Shown here: positions 22,481 to 32,388 of the stretch, piece by piece | How positions within the stretch are numbered: position 1 is the first letter of the stretch | Layout of the letters: each line of letters starts with the position of its first letter | NCBI RefSeq assembly: GCF_001194135.2 | Contig: NC_068989.1 | Location: 91,021,559-91,053,946, forward strand | Length of the DNA stretch: 32,388 bases | Reading direction: 5' to 3' | Source: Octopus bimaculoides | Lineage: Eukaryota | Program-made: the position numbers and the translations under genes | Notes under the pieces: generated by a model | The model's input: only the letters and a program-made list of their open reading frames with translations | The model's database searches: none | What the model was told of the DNA's origin: nothing

Positions 22481-23897
22481 CATTATATCTCAAGCTTGGT
22501 GATTAAATTACAAATAATTATTATATCGATGGCCATAGTTGCAACTCTTCTGAAGCCCTTCACTCTTTGGGATGCAATCACCCTCAGTGATTTTTCTTCA
22601 TTGTTCTCAACACTGAAAGTCTTTTTCTGCTTTACTTCAGTTAGATCCCTGCCTTTTCAGCCCTGTGCCTGAGAGGTTTTCTTCCGGATTTTGTTGCAAT
22701 ACTGTTATTGCAATGCTGCAGTGCAATGCGCTTGCACACGCTTTACAGATAGGAAACATTTCTATCCATATTTCTTCAATTTACAGTTATTCCTTTATAA
22801 GTTGTATACGATCATTAAGTTCTCCCTTCAACCCTCATTTCTCTCATGAATTCTCCCTCTTTCTCTCAGAAATATTTTGTTTTTCTAATGAGTAGCATAT
22901 TTTCGTTCACCATTGTAGCTTTTGTACACTAACTACACACATTGCCAATAGACGTACAGTTATTAATGTCTAGACATATATTATTCTAACGATCTCAACG
23001 TGATTATTTTCGTATCTATTGCTCCTCGTCACGGTATATTTTATAGCTGTTAAAACTCACATTAAGTTTTAAGAAGATTTCAAAATAATTTTTTCTTATT
23101 CTTTTCGAGTGAATAAACAATTGAGTTTTAGGAAGAAGTGAAAAAATATCTATAGAGTTAAAGAATTTATAAGATTTCTGTCTTTTATGATAGTTTACAG
23201 GTGAGGTTTGTTGTAGAAAAGTAATGAATAGAAAATATTGCACAAAGGATGGTTTAGGTTGTTGATTAATTGTTTGGTCTTATCTTTAATTTTTAGCAGC
23301 AGTCTGAATCAATTCACAGAAAAATAAAGTTTTTACAGGAGAAATCCAAAATTCGATGGCGAAATGCTTAAATATAACTCGTTTAAACTATGCATAAAGC
23401 ACGCACAATTTGATATCGAAAGCTATAATTAAACGACTTGTCTTTAAAGAGATGTCTTATTAAGTATTAATTAGTTTGGTGTCTGTTACGTTTGCTCGCA
23501 TCAATTTCAGGCAACTGGCATTTGTTACTCACCAACAGAAAAAGAACAGTTAATTAATGTTGTTCACAAAATTTCACAAATTTCACAACCACATGATAAA
23601 TGACGATGTGATCCAAATCCTCTTGGTGAAACTAACACGGCTCTAAATTCACATTTTACTATGCACCTGCAAATATTATTTATTTTCTTTTTTTCCAAAG
23701 AAATACTCAAATCATTGTTACTAACCACAAAATAAAACGAAGAAAACGCCCGTAGCATTGAGATATAAATGTCTTTGTATATATAAATATCATTACAAAC
23801 ACACTGACTTGTAAGTTAGGCATGCATCATATATGCTTATAAATGTTTGTATATATGAATGCATACATATGTATACACACATACACATACATACACA

Positions 23898-23980
<83 letters not shown>

Positions 23981-24465
23981 TGTGTGTGTGTGTGTTAGAG
24001 AGAGAAATAGGTAGTCAAATGTGTAGATATTGCACTGGAGTTGTATACTTGCTTAAGAACTTCGTAAGTCTATTACGATTTTTACTGAGTCTTAAATGAT
24101 TCTGTTTTATGCAGCGATGGGAAGTAAGATTTGAACCATGAAGCACAGACTTGAAATAGATACCACAGTGCATCTTGATCGACGCTTCAGCGTTTCATCA
24201 ATTTAATGCCTTGGTCTGCTACATTCATCATTGAATTCGAAGAGATGAAAGCCAAATTAGCCTATACGGGATTTGAACACACGGCGTGTACGTGCATATT
24301 TGAACAGTGCAAGCTTGCTTAGGCACCTCAAAATAACATACGTACACACATAAAGAATGCGTACATGCTTACGTATAATCTCTAATATAAGCCAAACAGA
24401 TATACGAATGCAAAGTAACATTTTATGAAGTAATTTCTCGCATTAACAGAATAAGTTTTATTCAC

Positions 24466-24582
24466 AAAATGGCGGACAAACAAAATTGCCAACCGGAAAT
24501 AACAAAACGAAAATGGATTTTACCGAAGTTACTTTATTAAGTCAATATTTTTGATACTGCATGTCTTAAGTAAAAGGTAAGT
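24466..24582 (+). promoter_or_regulatory. Possible TSS-proximal region or first exon with YY1-like and ETS-like motifs and a consensus 5' splice site
   Basis: AAAATGGCGG at 24466-24475, CCGGAAAT at 24493-24500, and AAG|GTAAGT at 24576/24577, all in sequence with no recognisable repeat. Confidence 0.35.
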
Positions 24583-24934
24583 GTATATTTCTTGACTACC
24601 CCCTATATACGTATATATGTATGTATGTATGAACACACATTTATATAACGTCTGTAATTTTATGCAGTGAACAAAGTGGACAGGCACTCATTCTCAATAG
24701 AAGAGGTCACATATGTGGTCATTTTATTTAGTCGAATATTTGTAAGCGTTGCATAAAGTTTCGCGTTGACAAGAAGGAATACTTCAAACGGACGGCTAAG
24801 AAAATTAACTAATAGCTACATAAGCATTCCAGTTTGATTGCATGTATGTATATGTATACATGCACACGTATATGTATACATGCACACGTATATGTATGTG
24901 CATATATATATATGCATGTATGTAAGTATGCATC

Positions 24935-24990
<56 letters not shown>

Positions 24991-25468
24991 NNNNNNNNNN
25001 NNNNNNNNNNNNNNNNNNNNNNNNNNNNNNNNNNNNNNNNNNNNNNNNNNNNNNNNNNNNNNNNNNNNNNNNNNNNNNNNNNNNNNNNNNNNNNNNNNNN
25101 NNNNNNNNNNNNNNNNNNNNNNNNNNNNNNNNNNNNNNNNNNNNNNNNNNNNNNNNNNNNNNNNNNNNNNNNNNNNNNNNNNNNNNNNNNNNNNNNNNNN
25201 NNNNNNNNNNNNNNNNNNNNNNNNNNNNNNNNNNNNNNNNNNNNNNNNNNNNNNNNNNNNNNNNNNNNNNNNNNNNNNNNNNNNNNNNNNNNNNNNNNNN
25301 NNNNNNNNNNNNNNNNNNNNNNNNNNNNNNNNNNNNNNNNNNNNNNNNNNNNNNNNNNNNNNNNNNNNNNNNNNNNNNNNNNNNNNNNNNNNNNNNNNNN
25401 NNNNNNNNNNNNNNNNNNNNNNNNNNNNNNNNNNNNNNNNNNNNNNNNNNNNNNNNNNNNNNNNNNNN

Positions 25469-25520
<52 letters not shown>

Positions 25521-25850
25521 CATATGTACATGTATACATCTAAATATATCTATATACATATATGTGTACCAATTATGTAGACACGTATACACACATGTAT
25601 TCTGAATGTGTGGCTCTCTCTCTCTCTTTCTGTCTGTCTCTCCGCTCTCTCTTTCTGTGTGTGCGTGTGTATAGGCTTGTTGCTACGAATGATTCATAAA
25701 ATCGTCAACGTAAAAGAAGTATGCCCCACAAAACCAACCGCTGCCTTTACTCCATATCGGTTCTTGAAATATAAAATAAGAATTCAGTCAAAAAAAAAAA
25801 GAAAAGAAATAGAAAGAAAAAAAATAATGAAAAAAACAAAAAAAAAAAGT

Positions 25851-26125
25851 AAAAATGGCTGGACGCTTGTTGATGGAAACGCGTCAAACATCTTCAAGAG
25901 GTTAGGCCGCAACTCTTAAATTGCTTTTGGCTGTTACATTTAAAAATTCTCAATTGCCATTGCAAACTTTGAAGATGGAAGGCTTCAAGTTGACAAGAAC
26001 AACAAATATCCGCTTTCGAAATAAAGCTACCGCCACCGAGAGCCATGTTAAATGAGAATGCCCGGAAATTGCTAACCAATAATCGACTTCTACGTCAATA
26101 AATGTTATTGAAAGACAACCAATGA
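25851..26125. promoter_or_regulatory. Promoter-like patch (two CCAAT boxes, ETS-like and YY1-like motifs)
   Basis: CCAAT at 26076 and 26119, CCGGAAAT at 26062, GCCATGTT at 26042 and AAAATGGCT at ~25852. Several CpGs are retained next to a poly(A)-rich tract. Confidence 0.3.
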
Positions 26126-26266
26126 GAATCTAAATGACACTGCGCCAGTAATTGCCTGATTATATTATTTTAAAACTTTTCGTCTTGTCCGACATTTTTT
26201 TCACTCTCTCTCTGTCTGTTTTTCTCCTTCTTTCACTCACATCTTCGATTTATATACCTTCATTTG

Positions 26267-26316
<50 letters not shown>

Positions 26317-26401
26317 CCTTGCAGACACACACATACACACACGCATATATATATATGTATGTAGGTATAGATATGTATATATACATATATATATGTGTGT
26401 G

Positions 26402-26438
<37 letters not shown>

Positions 26439-27153
26439 NNNNNNNNNNNNNNNNNNNNNNNNNNNNNNNNNNNNNNNNNNNNNNNNNNNNNNNNNNNNNN
26501 NNNNNNNNNNNNNNNNNNNNNNNNNNNNNNNNNNNNNNNNNNNNNNNNNNNNNNNNNNNNNNNNNNNNNNNNNNNNNNNNNNNNNNNNNNNNNNNNNNNN
26601 NNNNNNNNNNNNNNNNNNNNNNNNNNNNNNNNNNNNNNNNNNNNNNNNNNNNNNNNNNNNNNNNNNNNNNNNNNNNNNNNNNNNNNNNNNNNNNNNNNNN
26701 NNNNNNNNNNNNNNNNNNNNNNNNNNNNNNNNNNNNNNNNNNNNNNNNNNNNNNNNNNNNNNNNNNNATATATATATATATATATATATATATATACTTA
26801 TATATATACATATATATATAAATATGTATATTTACGGGTATGTTGATATAATGCGGTCATACTTGTACACAAGCATGTACGCACAAACAATTGCACATAT
26901 ACTAACGCATAGCTTATGGAAACAGTGTTTATCTCGGCACCAAGACGCATGCGTATGAAGCACTTTACACAGAAGTGCACACGCATTTGTGTGTGTGCGC
27001 GTGTATATGTATATATGCATGTGTGTGTAATGTATATATGCTTATGTAGTGCGTTTATGCTGTGTACACTTACATAATTTGCTGGAACTGAATGTATATC
27101 TCGCCACTCAATTCTCACGACACTGCGTATATACCTGCATACATACATATGTA

Positions 27154-27190
<37 letters not shown>

Positions 27191-27764
27191 GTGCACGGAC
27201 ACAAACACACATACACACACACACACGCACAAACACACTCACACACACACTCACATATATATATGTATATACGTATGCATCTTATATATACATATATGTA
27301 TATATGCTTGTATGTATATGCATATATTACATTGCTTACACACATACACACGCGCGTGCACGGACACATACACACACACATATATATACATGCATCCATA
27401 CTTATATTATTATTTGAGTCAGTAATTAGCGCTATTGTGCGCCATATTGTGTCCTGTCAAATACACAACAAACAGACGTGCCTTTGGCGATGGTGGAAAT
27501 CTTGTTATTCCATAGATTAATTCGAATGACATAGTTGGTCATCCACTTCACTTTCAACCCCGCCTCCCCTCCCGCACCTCCATTGGCACAATTATCGCAC
27601 CCGGTTCCATACCCCTCTCTTCCCCGACACAACTAAAAAAAAAAATAACCACCTAAACCAGCAACACCACCACCACAAGGACCATGACAACCAGGAAGCA
27701 ACCAACATAAGCGAAACCTTGTTAACCACCGCAACCCTTGTTTTCTGTTACCGCTACGGAACTA

Positions 27765-27880
27765 TTGCTCGTTCGGATAATATGCTAGAAACAGCAGCCA
27801 AAATTCTCTGAATTGAAACCTTGCCATCTTAAGTGAGAAAAAAAAAAGAAATGAAAGGACAATTTCTGAAAATTATGGCA
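27765..27880 (+). repeat. Fragment of a third dispersed repeat (GCTAGAAAYAGCAGCCAAA motif)
   Basis: Related motifs occur at 27784 (+), ~28823-28838 (-) and 31071 (+). Confidence 0.4.
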
Positions 27881-27929
27881 CAGTTCCGGCAATTTTTGAG
27901 GAAATGGCTACGTCGATTATATGACACCA

Positions 27930-28060
27930 ATGCTCCGCTGGTACTTATTCTATTGACTTCGAAGGGATGAAAGGCAAAGTCAACCTCGGCTGAATTTAAA
28001 ATCAGAACGTAAAGACGGACAAAATGCCGCTAAGCATTTCGCCACGCTTTTAACATCTGA
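27930..28060 (-). mobile_element. SINE family A fragment
   Basis: CTGGTACTTATT...GGGATGAAAGGCAAAGTCAACCTCGGCTGAATTTAAAATCAGAACGTAAAGACGGAC..AATGCCGCTAAGCATTTCG. Confidence 0.88.
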
Positions 28061-28250
28061 ATACCTTGTCACACATCACCTGCCATGTGCCCTCCCTGTG
28101 TTCCGGGTTCGTCTTGCCAATCCTCTACAATTCCGTCTCTTTTGTGCAATATGTTCTCCACAGACGTCTTCGACGGCTTCTGGTTCTCTTCTCTGCCACC
28201 GCTTCCAGTCAGGATCGGTCATGGGCAATGACTCATGGTTCAAGATATGA
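28060..28250 (-). mobile_element. Possible RTE-like LINE extreme 3' fragment
   Basis: ESLPMT..W..KRTRSRRRRLWRTYC...EHREGTWQVMC resembles the RTE C-terminus (LPxxALxWxPxGxRxRGRPKxTWRRT...DRxxWRxxV). Confidence 0.35.
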
Positions 28251-28257
28251 CAGCATT

Positions 28258-28470
28258 GATTTCAAATTTTAGCTCGAGACCAGCAATTTTGGGAGAGGCG
28301 GTAAGTCGATTGCATCGTCCCCAGTGTTCCACTGATACTTATTTTATCGATCTCCGACAGAATAAAAGACAAAAATGACTCCGGTGACATTTGAACTAAG
28401 AACGCAAAGTCGGAAGATATTCCGCTAAGAACATTCGTCGGGCGAAAACGATTCTGCCAGTCGCCGCCTT
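28258..28470 (-). mobile_element. SINE family A, full length, diverged
   Basis: The reverse complement starts AAGGCGGCGACTGGCAGAATCGTTTTCGCCCGACG, has B box TTAGTTCAAATG, and ends CAAAATTGCTGGTCTCGAG. Confidence 0.88.
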
Positions 28471-29421
28471 AAGATATGTAAACGCTGTAAATTTGATTCT
28501 CGACACTAGGTGTCTTTGGAATTCTTGCTTTTTTTAGTACTGCAGTGTTTGGCACCCTCTCTTTTCCAGCATATTCTGCCTAATTTGTGAAAGATCCGCA
28601 TTGCAAAGGCTTCTCTCTACTTTGCTGTGTATATTTGTCTAAGTTTCTGACCCAAAGAGGACAATTAACAAATTAACAAAGTATAGCAGTTTACTAGCCT
28701 CAATTCTAGATGCAGTATTATGTCTACTGAGGTGTTGCAAATTGCGTGATCTTGGCATTGTGTAAAGACGGGGAATTTTGTCGTATAAAACTCACGAATA
28801 TAGGTTGAAATTTAAGAGTGACTTAGCTGCTATTTCTCAAAGGGTGAGCAAGAGCATAGAGGCACCTTCTAGATTCGATCGGAAAGTAATTGTGTACCGT
28901 TGAATTGTTGATGTTGTATAATGTTAAACCTGTCTCTTTTCACGATCGATGTTGCCAAGTCTACTTTGCACGAACCAACAAGCAGTGTTATTAACCTCAT
29001 CCACTACACATGAATTACTTGTAGAATGTAGACATATGCACCTAATGGCTGAGAGAAAAAGTACCTTAGGGGAGCCTTCTGCATACTTAATACTTTTGAG
29101 GAAAGTTGGCACATTTGCAATAGAGTGTGCCGAGAAACTTCGATTATTCTATACATGAAATCAATAGACAGAAATTGCTCCCTAGAGGTTGTCTAACATG
29201 AAAGCAAACAAAAGATAACTCTGATAAATTCAGATAAGTGAAATGCTTGGAAGAAATCCTCTCCTATACAGCAATTTCTATGTTTTCCCAAATTATTTCA
29301 ATTAATCGATTTTATTGATGTTACTTGGTTGGTTAGATTTTAAGCGTCACGAGATGGAGTTTTGTTTTCTAATTGTGTGGATAATTATGTGTAAATATAA
29401 ATAAGTATGCATGTATGTATA

Positions 29422-29459
<38 letters not shown>

Positions 29460-29586
29460 NNNNNNNNNNNNNNNNNNNNNNNNNNNNNNNNNNNNNNNNN
29501 NNNNNNNNNNNNNNNNNNNNNNNNNATATATATGTGTGTGTGTGTGTGTGTGTACATACATACATATATATATATATACATACATA

Positions 29587-29668
<82 letters not shown>

Positions 29669-29711
29669 GCTATCTATCTATATCCGTCCGTCTGTCTGTC
29701 TATCTATATAA

Positions 29712-30110
29712 ATTACACCTTCACAAGAAGCGGGCTGAAAGGGGACTTCGAAATTCGGTAGATACTGTCAGTTTCCAAATATATCCCTTTCGGAATCACG
29801 AGCAAAATCTCTCCATTGTGCCAGTCTGATATTTAGATGTGCTCAACTGTTCAACTGCCTACCTGAAGAAATCAGAAATATAAAAGGTATCTCTACAAAA
29901 AGACAAAACATTGAATAAACTCTTAACGACAACACCGGAGTAACAACCATTTAAGGATACACTCAGAAAAGGTCAGCTGCTACAAATTCTATCATAAATC
30001 AACTTCCAGCTACAAAGCGACAAGAAAACTGAAAGAAAATAAAGGCGAGCTCCAGCATGGCCTCAGTCGTAAAACTGAAAGCACTAAAAAGTAAGATAAT
30101 AAAAGAATAT
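29712..30110 (+). mobile_element. CR1/L2-group LINE 3' end with 3' UTR
   Basis: RNHEQNLSIV, then AQLFNCLPEEIRNIKGIST at 29841, LNKLLTTTPE, and YTQKRSAATNSIINQL (cf. GPQLFNxLPxxIRNI...LDxxLxxxPDxP...RAAxSNS). The 3' UTR CCAGCATGGCC...CTGAAA is followed by a short-repeat tail. Confidence 0.82.
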
Positions 30111-30259
30111 ATATATATATATATATATATATTTATGTATGTGTGGGAAGAAAATGATTTCTGAGAATTGGTTTTCCTTTTATTTTCTCCAACATCCCAT
30201 TAACCTATCGTTTTGTTCGTTCTTTTTATTTGTTTACTGTTATTGCTGCAGGCTGCAGC

Positions 30260-30571
<312 letters not shown>

Positions 30572-31243
30572 GCGTGTATCAAATGTATTTATATAAGTAG
30601 CTACGTACAAATTATATCTTTGGCTTACCTTAATGCTTAATTGCAGGTGTTAAATTTCACATCAAATTTTGAATGAATTGCTTTCATTGATCTACGTATA
30701 TCTTCTGCTGGGGACTTGGAGAACATTTTAATTAATCCCCGCCAAAAATAAAACAACGACGATGACAGCAACAACAACAATAACAACAACTTGACCCAGT
30801 AGAAGATTATTTGTTTCTTATTACAATTTATCTATTCTTGGAACCCACAGGCATCACTCTGATAAAAATCTTCAAAGTTTCGATTCCCAAATGAGCAATA
30901 TATCACTTGAATTCCTCCATCGTAAATGCAATTTCCGGTTGTGATTAGCAAAGCGGAGAGGTTTGATTTTTATTACGTTGGTTTCTCCACAACTTGTTAT
31001 AATTCGATTAATCTGAGCCAATAGCAGAGATGATGAGTGGGGGTTATGTCTCTACGGGGTCGCTCGCCCTGCTAGAATTGGCAGTTAAATAACTCACTTC
31101 TGTCGTTCTTTCCTGCAGCGGATCTGAAAGGAACGGCGGCTGTGAGAGGAAGACTCACTGCCGTAATTAATACAATTAAAATAATTTTAAATATTTCTTT
31201 TTTCAACTTCTCTGCTACCTTGATGAAGAAATATGTGGATGTA

Positions 31244-31456
31244 AAGGTGGCGAGCTGGCAGAATCGTTAGAACATCGGGAAAAATGCCTTGTGATATTCG
31301 TCCCAGTGTTTTAGGTTCTAGGTTCGCGTCCTATCGGCATCAACTTTGCCTTTCATCTTTTCGAGGTTCAAGAAATAAGGATCAGTTAAGGGTCGATTGT
31401 ATCCACTGATGAGGTTCCTCAGATTTCAGGCCTTGTCTCTAAGCGTGAGACAGTTA
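31244..31456 (+). mobile_element. SINE family A
   Basis: AAGGTGGCGAGCTGGCAGAATCGTTAG head; CAACTTTGCCTTTCATCTTTTCGAGG body. Confidence 0.88.
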
Positions 31457-31496
31457 TAGGCATGCAGCGTCTATTTTGTGTTCTCATTAATATTGG

Positions 31497-31713
31497 AAAG
31501 CAGCGAGATGATCGAGTCGTTAGCATGACGGACAAAATGCTCAGCACCATTTCGTTCATCATTAGGTTCTGAGTTCAAATTCCACCGAGGTTGACCTTGT
31601 CCTTCATCCTTCCGGGGGTCGATAAAAGGAGAAGCAGTCAAGCATTGCTGTCGATGTAACCGATTTACGCTACGCCCGAACTTACTGGCCTTGTGCAAAA
31701 ATTTGAAACCAAT
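31497..31713 (+). mobile_element. SINE family A
   Basis: GCAGCGAGATG..GAGTCGTTAGC head; TTCTGAGTTCAAATTCCACCGAGG B box; tail CTGGCCTTGTGCAAAAATTTGAAACCAAT. Confidence 0.88.
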
Positions 31714-31718
31714 GCTGG

Positions 31719-31852
31719 AAGGCAACGATCTGGTCGAGTCGTGAGCATAAAGGACGAAATGCTTGGCGGTATTTCTTCCGGATCTTCACGTGCTGGGCTC
31801 AAATCCTACCGAAGTCAACTTTGCCTTTCATTCGTCCGGAGTAGATAGAAAG
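31719..31852 (+). mobile_element. SINE family A, 3'-truncated
   Basis: AAGGCAACGATCTGG..GAGTCGTGAGC..GACGAAATGCTTGGCGGTATTTC...GTCAACTTTGCCTTTCATTCG. Confidence 0.82.
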
Positions 31853-31895
31853 CACAACAACAACAACAACAAAAACAGCAACAACAATAATAATA

Positions 31896-32323
31896 ATAAT
31901 TGATGTATCAATACCAGCAGATGACAACTTTTCTCTAAAAGAAATGGAGAAACTTTCAAAATACAAAGACCTGGAAATAGAGGTAACTCGAATGTGGAAT
32001 CTAAAAACAGAAACAATTCCTATCATAGTAGGTGCTTTAGGTATAATAAAAAAATATTCAGACAAGTACATAACAAAAACACCAGNNNNNNNNNNTTTAG
32101 GTATAATAAAAAAATATTCAGACAAGTACATAACAAAAACACCAGGACTTACAAATATATATAACATACAGAAAATTGCACTACTGGGTACTGCACACAT
32201 CCTACGCAAAACACTTTCAATACAGTAACCATAAGAGCACCACAGCAAGCCACAGCACATACCCAAGGCACACAGAGCTGCGCTCTTGTAGTGAAGTGAA
32301 AACACGTTATAAAAATAAAACTA

Positions 32324-32326
<3 letters not shown>
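31896..32326 (+). mobile_element. 5'-truncated R4/Dong-like LINE (restriction-like endonuclease C-terminus plus 3' UTR)
   Basis: IDVSIPADDNFSLKEMEKLSKYKDLEIEVTRMWNLKTETIPIIVGALG...IQKIALLGTAHILRKTLSIQ*, with no stops apart from the gap artefact. It is flanked by (TAA)n on both sides. Confidence 0.92.

Positions 32327-32388
<62 letters not shown>
32327..32388. repeat. (AAT)n tail or target array of the Dong-like element
   Basis: A perfect AAT run to the window end. Confidence 0.95.

Noticed and set aside
23533-23666. Minus-strand AG...GTGAGT-bounded exon candidate (134 nt)
   Set aside because: The acceptor lacks a polypyrimidine tract and all three frames contain stops. It could only be a UTR exon, which is untestable from sequence.
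7788-29829. Many 100-376 aa ORFs rich in X, YI, HT or CV
   Set aside because: They are artefacts of N-gaps and dinucleotide repeats.

Overview
This is AT-rich, repeat-saturated eukaryotic non-coding DNA with 13 N-gaps (about 3.9 kb), most flanked by (TA)n or other simple repeats. The repeat families and microsatellite load resemble a coleoid cephalopod, probably Octopus (inference from pattern recognition; no search run). I can support no intact host protein-coding gene: most ORFs in the supplied track are microsatellite or N-gap artefacts, and the informative ones are transposon remnants. The window holds many tRNA-headed SINEs of two families (called A and B here). It also holds decayed LINE fragments (RTE, CR1/L2-group, R4/Dong-like), two Tc1/mariner elements (a DD34D-type mariner split by a nested insertion and a rosa/DD41D-like element with both TIRs), and a Penelope-like GIY-YIG remnant. 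The most interesting signal is three minimal hammerhead-ribozyme-like motifs. Two of them (3943-4002 and 13460-13515, minus strand) share a non-canonical CCGAUGA core and a palindromic stem III but have unrelated stem I/II sequences; one of the two sits inside a 196-bp foldback. Two promoter-like patches (about 24.5 kb and 25.9-26.1 kb) and two microexon candidates hint at an unidentified host gene, but the evidence is weak. Boundaries of degenerate repeats are approximate.
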